Shown here in pieces: positions 1-7,110 of a stretch of 64,000 bases of DNA. The stretch spans positions 779 through 64,778 of IMG/VR virus record IMGVR_UViG_3300017565_000017. One strand, written 5' to 3'. How positions within the stretch are numbered: the first letter of the stretch is position 1; each line of letters begins with the position of its first letter. Below the pieces are notes generated by a model. The model searched no databases. It was not told where the DNA came from and saw nothing but the letters and a program-made list of their open reading frames with translations. Position numbers and translations under genes: made by a program. Source of the stretch: a virus. Its lineage: Duplodnaviria > Heunggongvirae > Uroviricota > Caudoviricetes.

Positions 1-1
1 T

Positions 2-190
2 ATGGCGCAACGCGCCGCTACCCATTTCGACCGCGATCAGCGCGCCGATGCACCTAGCGCGGATTACGTGGTGTTTTACGTGGAACCGTGGGGGCGCTGG
101 GTCGGCGCGATCAACCTTAGCCAACTGGTAAACCGCAAGCATTCGACGGGCGGGTATCTCGGGTTTTGCAAGGGTTTCTATACGTGGTAA
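2..190 (+). CDS. Hypothetical early protein, possibly 5'-truncated by the window edge
   Basis: ORF ends at TAA directly before the repeated hairpin/palindrome/terminator module, like the downstream cassettes. Confidence 0.5.
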   Translation: MAQRAATHFDRDQRADAPSADYVVFYVEPWGRWVGAINLSQLVNRKHSTGGYLGFCKGFYTW

Positions 191-209
191 GCCCGGGGCG
201 AAAGCCCCT

Positions 210-225
210 TGTTTCCCGTGAAACG
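210..225. promoter_or_regulatory. parS-like site, 2 mismatches (TGTTTCCCGTGAAACG)
   Basis: 14/16 match to the ParB/Spo0J parS consensus TGTTTCACGTGAAACA; same position (after stop, before terminator) as the two perfect copies. Confidence 0.6.
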
Positions 226-226
226 C

Positions 227-248
227 AAGCCCCCTAGCGGGGCTTTTT
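227..248 (+). terminator. Intrinsic terminator (repeat family AAGCCCC(C)TAGCGGGGCTTTT)
   Basis: GC stem plus T tract; near-identical copies at 882, 1260, 2328. Confidence 0.85.
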
Positions 249-251
249 GTA

Positions 252-275
252 TGCTATACTGTAGTCCCCTAACCC
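252..275 (+). promoter_or_regulatory. Early extended -10 promoter TGcTATACT plus CCCTAACCC leader box
   Basis: TGnTATACT followed by GTAGTCCCCTAACCC, repeated in the other cassettes. Confidence 0.75.
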
Positions 276-293
276 GTATAACAAGGCGATTCT

Positions 294-860
294 ATGGCCC
301 CCACGTATACCCCCACACAATCCACCATGGCGCGCATTGCTGCGGAATTTGACGCGACATTTAACGCCCTTACGGCCCCTGGCGTTATACCGGATTCGCA
401 CCTATCCCAATGGCAACGCGACGAATGCGACCCGGTAGAAACCCGCGAATTCATCGCATCCGCCCGCGCCCTGCCTTGCCTGTATAGCGTATGGCAAGGT
501 TGCACGGCATACCCCGATGATGCGCGTTATACGGGATTGGGTATCATCCAATCCGAAAGCGAACAAGCGCATTTGCTAGGCGAGTACATAAGCCCCGATA
601 ACGATATGGCCGTGTTTGAATGCTTTTTGCAAGAAAGCCCCGCGTATGTTGTCGGCATGGTTGCCGAATACATAGCCGCGCAGTACCGCACCGAAGGCCG
701 GTATGTCATGCCCGCCGAACGCCCCGCCGACTATGGCCCCGCGCAATGGGCGGCGGATCAAAGCGGCGAACTAACGTATAACCGTTTGCTTGAAATTGAG
801 CGGCATGTACCCGCTCAATTTTTGGCGATGCTGCATAACGTTTTCCGCGACATTAACTAG
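294..860 (+). CDS. Hypothetical early protein (188 aa)
   Basis: Fills the cassette between promoter and parS/terminator. Confidence 0.75.
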   Translation: MAPTYTPTQSTMARIAAEFDATFNALTAPGVIPDSHLSQWQRDECDPVETREFIASARALPCLYSVWQGCTAYPDDARYTGLGIIQSESEQAHLLGEYISPDNDMAVFECFLQESPAYVVGMVAEYIAAQYRTEGRYVMPAERPADYGPAQWAADQSGELTYNRLLEIERHVPAQFLAMLHNVFRDIN

Positions 861-864
861 CCCG

Positions 865-880
865 TGTTTCACGTGAAACA
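865..880. promoter_or_regulatory. Perfect parS consensus site TGTTTCACGTGAAACA
   Basis: Perfect 16-bp palindrome (18 bp with flanking G/C) identical to the chromosomal parS consensus; intergenic. Confidence 0.75.
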
Positions 881-881
881 C

Positions 882-904
882 AAGCCCCCTAGCGGGGCTT
901 TTTT
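882..904 (+). terminator. Intrinsic terminator
   Basis: AAGCCCCC-TAGC-GGGGCTT followed by TTTT. Confidence 0.85.
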
Positions 905-946
905 GCATTGGGGTTTGTCCTAGGTGTACGCCACGGCCCTAAACCG

Positions 947-990
947 TGTTATACTAGTTGCACGTTAACCAAAACGGTTAACGCCTAACC
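947..990 (+). promoter_or_regulatory. Early extended -10 promoter TGtTATACT with CCTAACC box
   Basis: TGTTATACT 947-955, CCTAACC 984-990, GGAG SD before ATG 1003. Confidence 0.65.
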
Positions 991-1002
991 GGAGTTATAC
1001 AA

Positions 1003-1254
1003 ATGGCCTTACACGACCTGTCCCGCATGGATGCAAGCGACGCCTACGACGAAACCCAAATGCGCGACGATATCCGCGACGGCGATATTATCCGCGTGGT
1101 TAGCGGTGTCGTTATCATGGTGCAAGCGTGGCCCGTGCTGGTATGGGGCGATGCTTGCGAATGCTTCCAAACGCTTGCCCCCGGCTTTACGTGGGATATG
1201 GTAGAGAATGGCAAGTATGCCGATGCGGCCCGCCAAGCCCTAGCACTACAGTAA
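1003..1254 (+). CDS. Hypothetical early protein (83 aa)
   Basis: GGAG SD; single-gene cassette. Confidence 0.75.
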   Translation: MALHDLSRMDASDAYDETQMRDDIRDGDIIRVVSGVVIMVQAWPVLVWGDACECFQTLAPGFTWDMVENGKYADAARQALALQ

Positions 1255-1259
1255 AACAC

Positions 1260-1284
1260 AAGCCCCTAGCGGGGCTTTTCTTTT
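1260..1284 (+). terminator. Intrinsic terminator
   Basis: AAGCCCC-TAGC-GGGGCTT then TTCTTTT. Confidence 0.85.
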
Positions 1285-1318
1285 GGCCTAACCCCCTTGC
1301 GCACGTGGCCCGAAACCG

Positions 1319-1343
1319 TGTTATACTGTAGTCCCCTAACCCC
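1319..1343 (+). promoter_or_regulatory. Early extended -10 promoter plus leader box
   Basis: TGTTATACTGTAGTCCCCTAACCCC. Confidence 0.75.
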
Positions 1344-1356
1344 TAGGTATAACAAC

Positions 1357-1839
1357 ATGGCACAAAGTCTAGTTCAACAGGCGCGATTTATGCAGGCGGC
1401 AGGCGTTAACACTTACCCCCTAGTGCATGCGGCCCTAATCGGCATTCTTACCGCGCTGGATGTTGCCCCGCTTACCCCTTCGCGCTTTGCGCAAACGCCC
1501 CTTGTGCAATGGCCTGTCGTGCTATACGCGGCGCGGGATACGTGGGCCGTAGAACATATGGATATGTTGGCCGAACCCGATACGCCGCCCGTAGCCCCTG
1601 GCGTTAGCCCGCTTATGGCGCTAGAGGTACGTTTGTCGCAAAACCCGGCGCAAAACTTGCCCCGGTTTATCAATGCCGTATCCGAATTGGTACGCGACGG
1701 GCAACGGTATAACACCGATGGGCGCGGCGGGCAGGCCCTAGCGCTAGGTGTCGCGCCCGAAGTTGCCGCCAGCTTTTACCGGGATTACGCCGTGCCTATC
1801 CTTGATGATATCGCCAATGGTACTCTGATTCGCACGTAA
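1357..1839 (+). CDS. Hypothetical early protein (start moved to ATG 1357)
   Basis: The track start at 1297 lies upstream of the promoter; ATG 1357 follows the conserved GGTATAAC leader. Confidence 0.75.
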   Translation: MAQSLVQQARFMQAAGVNTYPLVHAALIGILTALDVAPLTPSRFAQTPLVQWPVVLYAARDTWAVEHMDMLAEPDTPPVAPGVSPLMALEVRLSQNPAQNLPRFINAVSELVRDGQRYNTDGRGGQALALGVAPEVAASFYRDYAVPILDDIANGTLIRT

Positions 1840-1845
1840 AACACC

Positions 1846-1864
1846 GGGGGCGCAAGCCCCTTTT
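1846..1864 (+). terminator. Intrinsic terminator, GNRA loop
   Basis: GGGGC-GCAA-GCCCC-TTTT. Confidence 0.75.
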
Positions 1865-1867
1865 GCA

Positions 1868-1891
1868 TGCTATACTGTAGCCCCCTAACCC
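1868..1891 (+). promoter_or_regulatory. Early extended -10 promoter plus leader box
   Basis: TGCTATACTGTAGCCCCCTAACCC. Confidence 0.75.
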
Positions 1892-1906
1892 TATAGGTAT
1901 AACCCC

Positions 1907-2305
1907 ATGCGAACGCCGCCCGTTACCTGCTTTCAGATTGAAAACGCCTTTAAGCTACTGGCTAAGGTATGCGAAGCGCCCGAAGCCGAACGCGCCGCCT
2001 ATTTCCCGCTTACTACGCAAGCCCTAACGCATGGGTATAACGCGGAAATGATCGGGGTTGCCGAACCCCCTAGCGCTGAATGGTTGGCGCAAGAAATAGC
2101 CGATCACGTGCGCAGTATGCCGCGCTGTTTCGCCTTGCTAGAATGCTGGCTTGCCGACAACCCTAAGCATATCCACCGGGCAGGCTTGTTTAATATGGCG
2201 CTGGCGGGTTATATCTCGGGCGAACCCGGCCTAACCGCTTATGCGCCATTGCGTACCGCATTGCCTATCGCTATACGCGCCTGCCTTGATGACGCATGGC
2301 GATAG
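1907..2305 (+). CDS. Hypothetical early protein (132 aa)
   Basis: Single-gene cassette. Confidence 0.75.
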   Translation: MRTPPVTCFQIENAFKLLAKVCEAPEAERAAYFPLTTQALTHGYNAEMIGVAEPPSAEWLAQEIADHVRSMPRCFALLECWLADNPKHIHRAGLFNMALAGYISGEPGLTAYAPLRTALPIAIRACLDDAWR

Positions 2306-2310
2306 CCCCT

Positions 2311-2326
2311 TGTTTCACGTGAAACA
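2311..2326. promoter_or_regulatory. Perfect parS consensus site TGTTTCACGTGAAACA
   Basis: Perfect 16-bp palindrome, intergenic, directly before the terminator. Confidence 0.75.
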
Positions 2327-2327
2327 C

Positions 2328-2353
2328 AAGCCCCCTAGCGGGGCTTTTCTTTT
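2328..2353 (+). terminator. Intrinsic terminator
   Basis: AAGCCCCCTAGCGGGGCTTTTCTTTT. Confidence 0.85.
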
Positions 2354-2365
2354 ACCCCGTTTTCG

Positions 2366-2390
2366 TGTTATACTGTAGTCCCCTAACCCC
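2366..2390 (+). promoter_or_regulatory. Early extended -10 promoter plus leader box
   Basis: TGTTATACTGTAGTCCCCTAACCCC; leader nearly identical to that of ORF 1907. Confidence 0.75.
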
Positions 2391-2405
2391 TATAGGTATA
2401 ACCCC

Positions 2406-2705
2406 ATGCCTCAAAATATGATCGACCTAGCACTAGCTAACCCTGGCCTTGCGGCGGGCTATGCGTTTGTGCTGTATGCCATGCTGTACGGCGTAGTAAT
2501 GGCCCGTGTCAATCGCCAGCGCCGTATACTTATCGCGGCCACGCAACGCAAAGCGCGGGGCCTGCCTAACGGGGCCGTTATCCCCGTACCGTATCGCCCT
2601 AACTGGTTTATCCGCGTATGGCCCGATACCGGCATTCGCATAGCCCTAGCCCTTGTGATTGTGGGCGATATCGGGCACATGGTGTATAACCGCCTAACCC
2701 TCTAG
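2406..2705 (+). CDS. Hypothetical membrane protein (99 aa, 2 predicted TM helices)
   Basis: Hydrophobic segments LAAGYAFVLYAMLYGVVM and IRIALALVIVGDI separated by a basic loop. Confidence 0.7.
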   Translation: MPQNMIDLALANPGLAAGYAFVLYAMLYGVVMARVNRQRRILIAATQRKARGLPNGAVIPVPYRPNWFIRVWPDTGIRIALALVIVGDIGHMVYNRLTL

Positions 2706-2923
2706 GGCAGGGCAACCCCCTAACCCGTCAACGCATAGCAGCAGCAGCAGCGCACGGGTTAGGGCTTACCCCCATACCCCATAGGGGGGGGGCGATCACA
2801 GGCGGGTTAGGGTTTTTACCCATGGCCCGCGATTTTGGGTTTTTTGCTATGACGAGTTTTACAGAAACCTCTGTTATACAAACATAGACTCCAGAAAACT
2901 TATGACCCATCTGACCGACTCAG

Positions 2924-2968
2924 GGGGTGTACCCGTGTTCTATCCAGTTTTCCTGGAGGTACCATTCG
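2924..2968 (+). repeat. Structured repeat GGGGTGTACC-N24-GGTACCATTCG, copy 1
   Basis: Conserved ends; inner hairpin TCCAG/CTGGA. Confidence 0.75.
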
Positions 2969-3056
2969 GGGTTTAGAGGAATAAATTCCTCAGCCGTATG
3001 ACGATTTTTGCACAGACCGTAAACTAGAGGTTTCCAACCTCCAAAAGCGCACCCCT

Positions 3057-3614
3057 ATGGATATAAACACTCAATATCTCGATGAGGGACCTCTGGACGA
3101 CGGTAGTGAACGGTGGGCCTCTATAGACGAAATGTATGCAGTTTCTGACCATGGGCGCGTATGGGCAGCGTATGTGCCTCAGAACCAAACCTGGGACGGC
3201 ATGGAACTGATGGTTCTCAATGGACGACCGGGAATTCTGAAGAAATTTTTCCTAGATCGCTACGGCTACCAGCAAGTAATGCTGCGTGAGCGTAAGATGT
3301 TAGTCCACCGACTAGTAGCCCTATCCTTCATAGCGAATCCAATGTCCTACCCTATGGTACTCCACCAGGATGGGAACCCAACTCACAACTGGTTCCGTAA
3401 TCTACGTTGGGGAAACGCCCGTATGAACACAAGGGACGCACAGACCCATGGAACCTACAGAAACGGGACTGGCCGCATTCCAAAGCAGGATCTGTACAGT
3501 GTAGACCTACTGTATGAAATGGTAGACAGAGGACTTCCTAATAAGAAGATTGCTCGTATGTTCGGCATAGCTCCATCCACCGTTCGCTACCGAGTTAAGA
3601 ACCGCCCTCAATAG
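3057..3614 (+). CDS. NUMOD4-HNH homing endonuclease with C-terminal HTH
   Basis: YAVSDHGRV (NUMOD4-like); VHRLVALSF..VLHQDGNPTHNWFRNLRWGNARMN (HNH_3); IARMFGIAPSTVRY (HTH). Confidence 0.9.
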   Translation: MDINTQYLDEGPLDDGSERWASIDEMYAVSDHGRVWAAYVPQNQTWDGMELMVLNGRPGILKKFFLDRYGYQQVMLRERKMLVHRLVALSFIANPMSYPMVLHQDGNPTHNWFRNLRWGNARMNTRDAQTHGTYRNGTGRIPKQDLYSVDLLYEMVDRGLPNKKIARMFGIAPSTVRYRVKNRPQ

Positions 3615-3658
3615 GGGTGTACCTCCTTAGAACTCATTCCTGAGTCTGGTACCATTCG
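3614..3658 (+). repeat. Structured repeat, copy 2
   Basis: GGGGTGTACC-N24-GGTACCATTCG; inner hairpin ACTCA/TGAGT; starts at the last base of the HNH stop codon. Confidence 0.75.
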
Positions 3659-3758
3659 CCCTATAGACCCGGATTTGCAAGCAAATCCTAAGACCTATTA
3701 GAACGGACTCTAACGCTCGGTTTTATGGCCCGCTTTACGCCGTAAAGCTAGCGCCCCC

Positions 3759-3802
3759 TGTACAAAACCCCACAAACAAGGGTAGTATGGCAAGCCCTAA
3801 CC
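3759..3802 (+). promoter_or_regulatory. Putative sigma70-like promoter with CCCTAACC box
   Basis: TGTACA-18-TAGTAT; CCCTAACC 3795-3802; perfect inverted repeat GCTTTACG-C-CGTAAAGC at 3732-3748 just upstream. Confidence 0.45.
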
Positions 3803-3824
3803 AAAACAGCGCCCGCATAAGCCC

Positions 3825-4193
3825 ATGGCAGACCAAGATTTGCAGACAAATCCTAACCGTTCCCAACAGATGAAGCAACTGGAGTCGTTCTTCAACCGAC
3901 CCGACCTGGACCCAGCAGACCGGGCTTACGCTCTACGCATTGTTCGTCAGATTGAAGAACAGTCCTATCCTGTTCCGGTCACTGCCCGTATCCTGAGCGA
4001 GCACCCTCTCCAGGCTCTACTTAGCTGGATCTTCACGTGGGGGCGGGTACGTGTATGGATCCGTAATCAAACGGTAGTCGTGACCACTATACGCAACGAC
4101 GGTACAGAGGTGGTCCATGAGAACATTGGGATCAAAGGTGACTTCCGTATCCCTATGGCCCTGGCACTCTCACACACGGATTTGCTGGACTGA
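3825..4193 (+). CDS. H[PT]D-motif paralogue family protein
   Basis: 122 aa, ends LALSHTDLLD. Confidence 0.75.
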   Translation: MADQDLQTNPNRSQQMKQLESFFNRPDLDPADRAYALRIVRQIEEQSYPVPVTARILSEHPLQALLSWIFTWGRVRVWIRNQTVVVTTIRNDGTEVVHENIGIKGDFRIPMALALSHTDLLD

Positions 4194-4204
4194 GGACCTA
4201 AACT

Positions 4205-4573
4205 ATGCTCGATACCATAGCCGACCCCAACTGGTCGGTCATCAGTCATCAGGTGCAAACCAATATGGAGCACCTGCCGGAGACTGTCCGGAGACGCTTC
4301 CTAAGCGTTAACGTAGGTCTGTCGTTTTACGGCCTCCCTCCACCTCAGGTCATGAACCTGACCTCCAGCTGCGCAAATCTGATCTGGAACTATAACTCCA
4401 CGGTCCGCGTCTTCACCTGGGCGACACCTGAAGGCATAGGAGCTCGGGTCAAAGACGTACTGACTGGTGAGTTTCTATATCAGGTCGGTGACGATGTGGA
4501 CACTATTGTAGACTTTGTTATACGACATGCGAGCCACCCTGACCTGATTAACAACCTGAAGACTCCCCTGTAA
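4205..4573 (+). CDS. H[PT]D-motif paralogue family protein
   Basis: 122 aa; DPNW, YGLPPP, SHPDLI. Confidence 0.8.
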   Translation: MLDTIADPNWSVISHQVQTNMEHLPETVRRRFLSVNVGLSFYGLPPPQVMNLTSSCANLIWNYNSTVRVFTWATPEGIGARVKDVLTGEFLYQVGDDVDTIVDFVIRHASHPDLINNLKTPL

Positions 4574-4574
4574 G

Positions 4575-5006
4575 ATGGAACTCGATAACCCCACCTGGGA
4601 CCAGATCATAGAACTGGTCCAGAAGATGCCTAGTCTCAACCCTCATATACGGGACACCTTCCACATCTTTACCCAGATGGCTCAGAACTACAGAGTGCCG
4701 TCTCCGTGGCGCGTGTACTCCCCCGATCCTCGTACGCTGGAATCCAGTCCAGGGTCGAGTGCGCAACCTAAAGTCCAGATCTTCTTTCCGCAAGGCGTAT
4801 ACATGGCAATCCGGCCCGCTGCATTTTATGTGGGGCAGCTTGTGATCCGGCCTCGGCTGGATGTCCGCATCGAGCAGACGGGGACATGGCACGACGTGAT
4901 TGTCGAACTCAAGAGGCTGATCGGTCACGCAGATGACTACACGCTAGACTACCACCTGGACATACCCTGGACTAGCAAAGATCTGGCGTCATTGATCAAG
5001 AAGTAG
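4575..5006 (+). CDS. Probable H[PT]D family member with degenerate motif
   Basis: 143 aa; N-terminal DNPTWDQII like the 6725 protein; C-terminal GHADDY. Confidence 0.75.
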   Translation: MELDNPTWDQIIELVQKMPSLNPHIRDTFHIFTQMAQNYRVPSPWRVYSPDPRTLESSPGSSAQPKVQIFFPQGVYMAIRPAAFYVGQLVIRPRLDVRIEQTGTWHDVIVELKRLIGHADDYTLDYHLDIPWTSKDLASLIKK

Positions 5007-5024
5007 TCCAGAAGGTGGATCTAG

Positions 5025-5070
5025 GGGGTGTACCCCCCTTTCAGACTCTAGATCCTAGAGGTACCATTCG
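5025..5070 (+). repeat. Structured repeat, copy 3
   Basis: GGGGTGTACC-N25-GGTACCATTCG; inner hairpin CTCTAG/CTAGAG. Confidence 0.75.
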
Positions 5071-5107
5071 GGCTTTACCTCCTATTTTTGTTATACGGTA
5101 CGGGTAA

Positions 5108-5158
5108 TTGTTATACAGGGCAAAGCGTGGTAACATAGGCCGCAAGTAACCCCTAACC
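5108..5158 (+). promoter_or_regulatory. Putative sigma70-like promoter with CCCTAACC box
   Basis: TTGTTA-17-TAACAT with TGn; TTGTTATAC direct repeat at 5088 and 5108; CCCTAACC 5151-5158. Confidence 0.55.
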
Positions 5159-5174
5159 TATAAACCCGCTGCCC

Positions 5175-5519
5175 ATGCCCCAATTTCTAAACCCCGACCT
5201 ACTGACCTCCATATACGAGTTGGGAATCCACGGTCCCAGTTCCGTGTACGTTCATAACCTATGCACGGCTGGCATTCAGGTGGCTCATACCCGGCTGGGA
5301 CCACCTCCTGTCATGTCCTTGAACCGCACCCTTGTCCGGCTCTGGTATCCTCAGCATAAGTTGTGTCTTGCCCTTCGGGGTCGCCACGTGTGGGCCTTTT
5401 CCAGAATGGTCCCCATTCGTCAGATTAGCAGTACGGAATACCTGTTCCGGCTCCGTGGCACTCGTGATCTGTTGAGCGCTATCGATCAACATCTGGGTCA
5501 GCGAGCCGTTCATGGGTAA
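5175..5519 (+). CDS. Hypothetical protein (114 aa), possible array member lacking the motif
   Basis: Follows the promoter; GPPPVM segment resembles its neighbours; overlaps the next ORF by 8 nt. Confidence 0.65.
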   Translation: MPQFLNPDLLTSIYELGIHGPSSVYVHNLCTAGIQVAHTRLGPPPVMSLNRTLVRLWYPQHKLCLALRGRHVWAFSRMVPIRQISSTEYLFRLRGTRDLLSAIDQHLGQRAVHG

Positions 5520-5937
5520 GATTTGGCGCATAGCCAGCAATTGGAACTGGGACAAGATTCGCGAATACGCACAGACCATGGATCTGGAGGAGGTCTCCAG
5601 GGAACAATCTCTCTGGGTCCTAAAACAGGCGAGTTCTCTGGTCAAACCCCCGGAGCTAGTTGTAGCTACCCCCGAAATCACGGTCTTGACCTGGTATCCT
5701 AACCCTAATCAGGTACGGGATCACACCGAGATGAAGATCCATCTTGAGGACTACGCGCCCAAGGGTTCCGTGTACGAGTTTGAGCCGCACGCCGTATTTC
5801 CTGAGCTGAAACAAAGAGCAGTTGGGGCCACGGACACTCTAGCCCTCCTCGTGACCCAACTTCTTCACCCGGACTTGATTGCCAGACCTGGGAATCTGGT
5901 CTACACTGTAACAGGATGTAACGATGCCGAGAGCTAA
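5512..5937 (+). CDS. H[PT]D-motif paralogue family protein
   Basis: 141 aa; LLHPDLI. Confidence 0.8.
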   Translation: MGKIWRIASNWNWDKIREYAQTMDLEEVSREQSLWVLKQASSLVKPPELVVATPEITVLTWYPNPNQVRDHTEMKIHLEDYAPKGSVYEFEPHAVFPELKQRAVGATDTLALLVTQLLHPDLIARPGNLVYTVTGCNDAES

Positions 5938-6334
5938 ACCCCGGGACTGGAACGACGTCAAGTTCGCGATCCACAACTACGGTATTGACGAGGACACCCG
6001 AGCGTGTGCCCTCCAGACGGTTAAAGGACTAACGGATCGAGGTGTGGCCCTGCCTTCGTGGGTTATCCTAACGGACCGGGAACCAGACGACATTAAGCGC
6101 ACAGAGCCTCGTATTGCTCTGGTGTGGGAACCCTCGAAAGCGGCTTCGTACCCATTCCTGGTCGTCTACCACGACCGATGCACGGTCGGCCACTATGAGG
6201 CCGAGACCTACACGGCGGTTCTCCTGGATAACGAAGCTCGGGACACGCAGGATACTATGGTGCTGATTCGCGCCCTCGCAGCCTATCTTATCCACCCTGA
6301 TGTGGTGACCACCAACGAGGAATACCAGCGATGA
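5924..6334 (+). CDS. H[PT]D-motif paralogue family protein
   Basis: 136 aa; RGVALPS, LIHPDVV. Confidence 0.8.
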   Translation: MPRAKPRDWNDVKFAIHNYGIDEDTRACALQTVKGLTDRGVALPSWVILTDREPDDIKRTEPRIALVWEPSKAASYPFLVVYHDRCTVGHYEAETYTAVLLDNEARDTQDTMVLIRALAAYLIHPDVVTTNEEYQR

Positions 6335-6735
6335 GCAGCATTCTCATTCGAGATCCCAAGCCATCTGACGTGCGCGTCCAACTCCTGGAATGGATACAGC
6401 CGTACCAGCCTCAGGCGGCGCACATTCTTTTGAGGGCAAGCCAACGACTTCGTGCTCATGGGGTGTCGCCTGTAATGCTTGCCCGGTATGGTGCGGATGC
6501 TCAGCGGTCGAACGTAGTGCTTCATTACCATATGAAGCCCAACCCCAACATTCCGCACGTTTTGTTCCTGCACACGGAATCCATTCGCAAGACAGTGCTC
6601 ATGACAGGCTACCGGAAGATTCCGAATAACTACGAATCTATCTCCAAAGACTACGACACGTGGCCCGCGCTTGTCCAGGATGCCTACGCCCGTCTTGTTC
6701 ACCCTGATATGGTGCCCATCATAGATGGCCTCTGA
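6331..6735 (+). CDS. H[PT]D-motif paralogue family protein
   Basis: 134 aa; ATGA coupling; LVHPDMV. Confidence 0.8.
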   Translation: MSSILIRDPKPSDVRVQLLEWIQPYQPQAAHILLRASQRLRAHGVSPVMLARYGADAQRSNVVLHYHMKPNPNIPHVLFLHTESIRKTVLMTGYRKIPNNYESISKDYDTWPALVQDAYARLVHPDMVPIIDGL

Positions 6736-7105
6736 ACTCACAATCCTAGAAGATCCGACCTGGGAACAGGTGACTGAGACTGTGTTGAGCAGGCTGACCA
6801 AGACCCAGGATCCACAGGCAATACGCAATAAGGTGCGTATCGTGCTCTTGAGACTTCAGATGGCGGGTCTCATAGACCCGCCCTCCATGGGCCGCATTGG
6901 GTCTGTCAGAGGTAGCCTCACTTGGCAACTGACCATCCCGTATTACCACCGGGTGACCTTCGTCTTTTCCAATGAATACTTCGGATGGGTTATGAACAGA
7001 CCTTACTTCTGGGTCAAGGAAGGTCCCGATGCTCAGACCCCCGATCAGGTAGCAGATGACCTGATTTTTCACCTGTCCCATACGGACTTTGCAACAACCA
7101 ACTGA
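6725..7105 (+). CDS. H[PT]D-motif paralogue family protein
   Basis: 126 aa; EDPTWEQV, AGLIDPP, LSHTDFA. Confidence 0.8.
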   Translation: MASELTILEDPTWEQVTETVLSRLTKTQDPQAIRNKVRIVLLRLQMAGLIDPPSMGRIGSVRGSLTWQLTIPYYHRVTFVFSNEYFGWVMNRPYFWVKEGPDAQTPDQVADDLIFHLSHTDFATTN

Positions 7106-7110
7106 CGATT

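Noticed and set aside
2692-2812. Integron attC-like cores (GCCTAAC/CCCTAAC ... GTTAGGG)
   Set aside because: No integrase in the window; the CCTAAC box usually lies upstream of ORFs with no partner GTT core; the cassettes carry their own promoters and terminators; the closest pair spans only 47 bp.
264-2812. Telomere-like CCCTAA/TTAGGG hexamers
   Set aside because: They are isolated copies within promoter leaders, not tandem arrays.
2728-2910. 60-aa minus-strand ORF across the junction
   Set aside because: It translates low-complexity repeat DNA, has no SD and opposes the uniform + orientation of the region.
191-5070. CRISPR array
   Set aside because: Repeats are separated by whole genes of 250-570 bp or more, not by uniform 30-40 bp spacers; no cas genes.
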